A stretch of DNA of 64,000 bases, from the NCBI GenBank assembly GCA_019247695.1, contig JAFBAP010000036.1, positions 27,086-91,085 on the forward strand. Direction: 5' to 3'. Of the stretch, positions 63,411 to 64,000 are shown piece after piece. The first letter of the stretch is position 1. Every line of letters starts with the position of its first letter. Source of the DNA: Verrucomicrobiota bacterium (GTDB lineage Bacteria > Verrucomicrobiota > Verrucomicrobiia > Chthoniobacterales > JAFAMB01). The position numbers were made by a program, and so were the translations under genes. A model generated the notes under the pieces. The model worked only from the letters and a program-made list of their open reading frames with translations. It did not search any database and had not been told where the DNA came from.

Positions 63411-64000
63411 TCAGGCCGGTTTGGACCGCGCCGTTTCCCGGCGCCGGTTGCGGGCGGATTTTTTGCCGTTCGTACTGTCTCCAATGGGCTGGTCAGGTTC
63501 GCCTTCGGGAGCCGGCGCCTGGCCCCGCTTGGTTTTGCTGTCTTTGCCGGCCGCCGTTTTCAGCGGAACGAACCGGCCCGCAGCCGGGTCGAACATCGCC
63601 ACCGTCCCGGTACCGATCTCGTAAGTCCAGCCGTGCACGCCGAGCCGGCCTTCAGCCAATCGGGCCGCCACGGAGGGATGAGTCCGCAGATGATCCAACT
63701 GAGTGAGGACATTCTGCTCGACCAAGGCTTGCACCAGGGCATCGCCGTCCAGATCAGGGTACCGGACACGCACGACGCTGTGCGCTGCCGCGGCGTGCCG
63801 CAGCCACGAACCTACCGTCGGCATGCCGGCCAGGCTTTCCGGGCGGACCAGCGCCTTCATCGCCCCGCAATCCGAATGACCGCAGATCACGATACTTTTA
63901 ACTTCCAGCGCCACCACCGCGTACTCGATCACTGCCGACACGCCGCCCAGCGCCGCGCCGTATGCCGGCACCACATTACCTACGTTGCGGCAGAGAAAGA
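63411..64000 (-). CDS. Beta-class carbonic anhydrase, 5' end beyond the window
   Basis: It has ICGHSDCGAMKAL and LGVHGWTYEIGTG. The frame stays open to the window edge. It carries a Lys/Arg-rich C-terminal tail of about 50 aa. Confidence 0.85.
   Translation of the reverse strand, partial: FLCRNVGNVVPAYGAALGGVSAVIEYAVVALEVKSIVICGHSDCGAMKALVRPESLAGMPTVGSWLRHAAAAHSVVRVRYPDLDGDALVQALVEQNVLTQLDHLRTHPSVAARLAEGRLGVHGWTYEIGTGTVAMFDPAAGRFVPLKTAAGKDSKTKRGQAPAPEGEPDQPIGDSTNGKKSARNRRRETARSKPA

Overview
GC-rich, gene-dense bacterial chromosomal window with about 47 credible protein genes. I found no rRNA, tRNA or CRISPR array by eye. The taxon cannot be fixed from sequence alone; the kinase architecture and hairpin-rich repeats suggest a PVC-group or soil-type genome, but this is a guess.

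Left half (1-32 kb): ordinary sugar and organic-acid metabolism.
- A hexuronate locus: uxaC, an SDR, a uxaE-type epimerase and exuT.
- A divergent, overlapping pair: a LarA-family 2-hydroxyacid racemase homologue and an FMN hydroxyacid dehydrogenase.
- Tartrate/D-malate and D-2-hydroxyacid dehydrogenases, a CPA2 antiporter and a PiT phosphate transporter.
- A DUF2291-led ribose-type ABC transporter.
- GH36 and GH13 glycosidases and an aquaporin.

Right part (about 33-59 kb): the stand-out region. Two paralogous Zn-ribbon / Ser-Thr-kinase / STAND-NTPase / TPR proteins bracket or precede these genes:
- a lipoprotein alpha/beta hydrolase;
- a plant-type fatty-acid alpha-dioxygenase-like haem enzyme;
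- a cytochrome P450;
- an Old-Yellow-Enzyme flavoprotein with a terminal Cys cluster;
- two c-type dihaem proteins;
- an SDR that overlaps the kinase-2 stop;
- a 1595-aa fusion of a GMC oxidoreductase to a patatin/cPLA2-like lipase whose catalytic Ser and Asp are separated by about 8 TM helices.

I interpret this as a candidate undescribed lipid-oxygenation (oxylipin / alpha-oxidation) and signalling island.

Other notable items:
- a modular hairpin-rich repeat family at 5.4-6.0 kb and 24.4-24.8 kb;
- a 21-nt palindromic motif shared by two promoters of the island;
- two possible transposase relics next to the kinase paralogues.

All family calls come from by-eye motif recognition. No searches were run.
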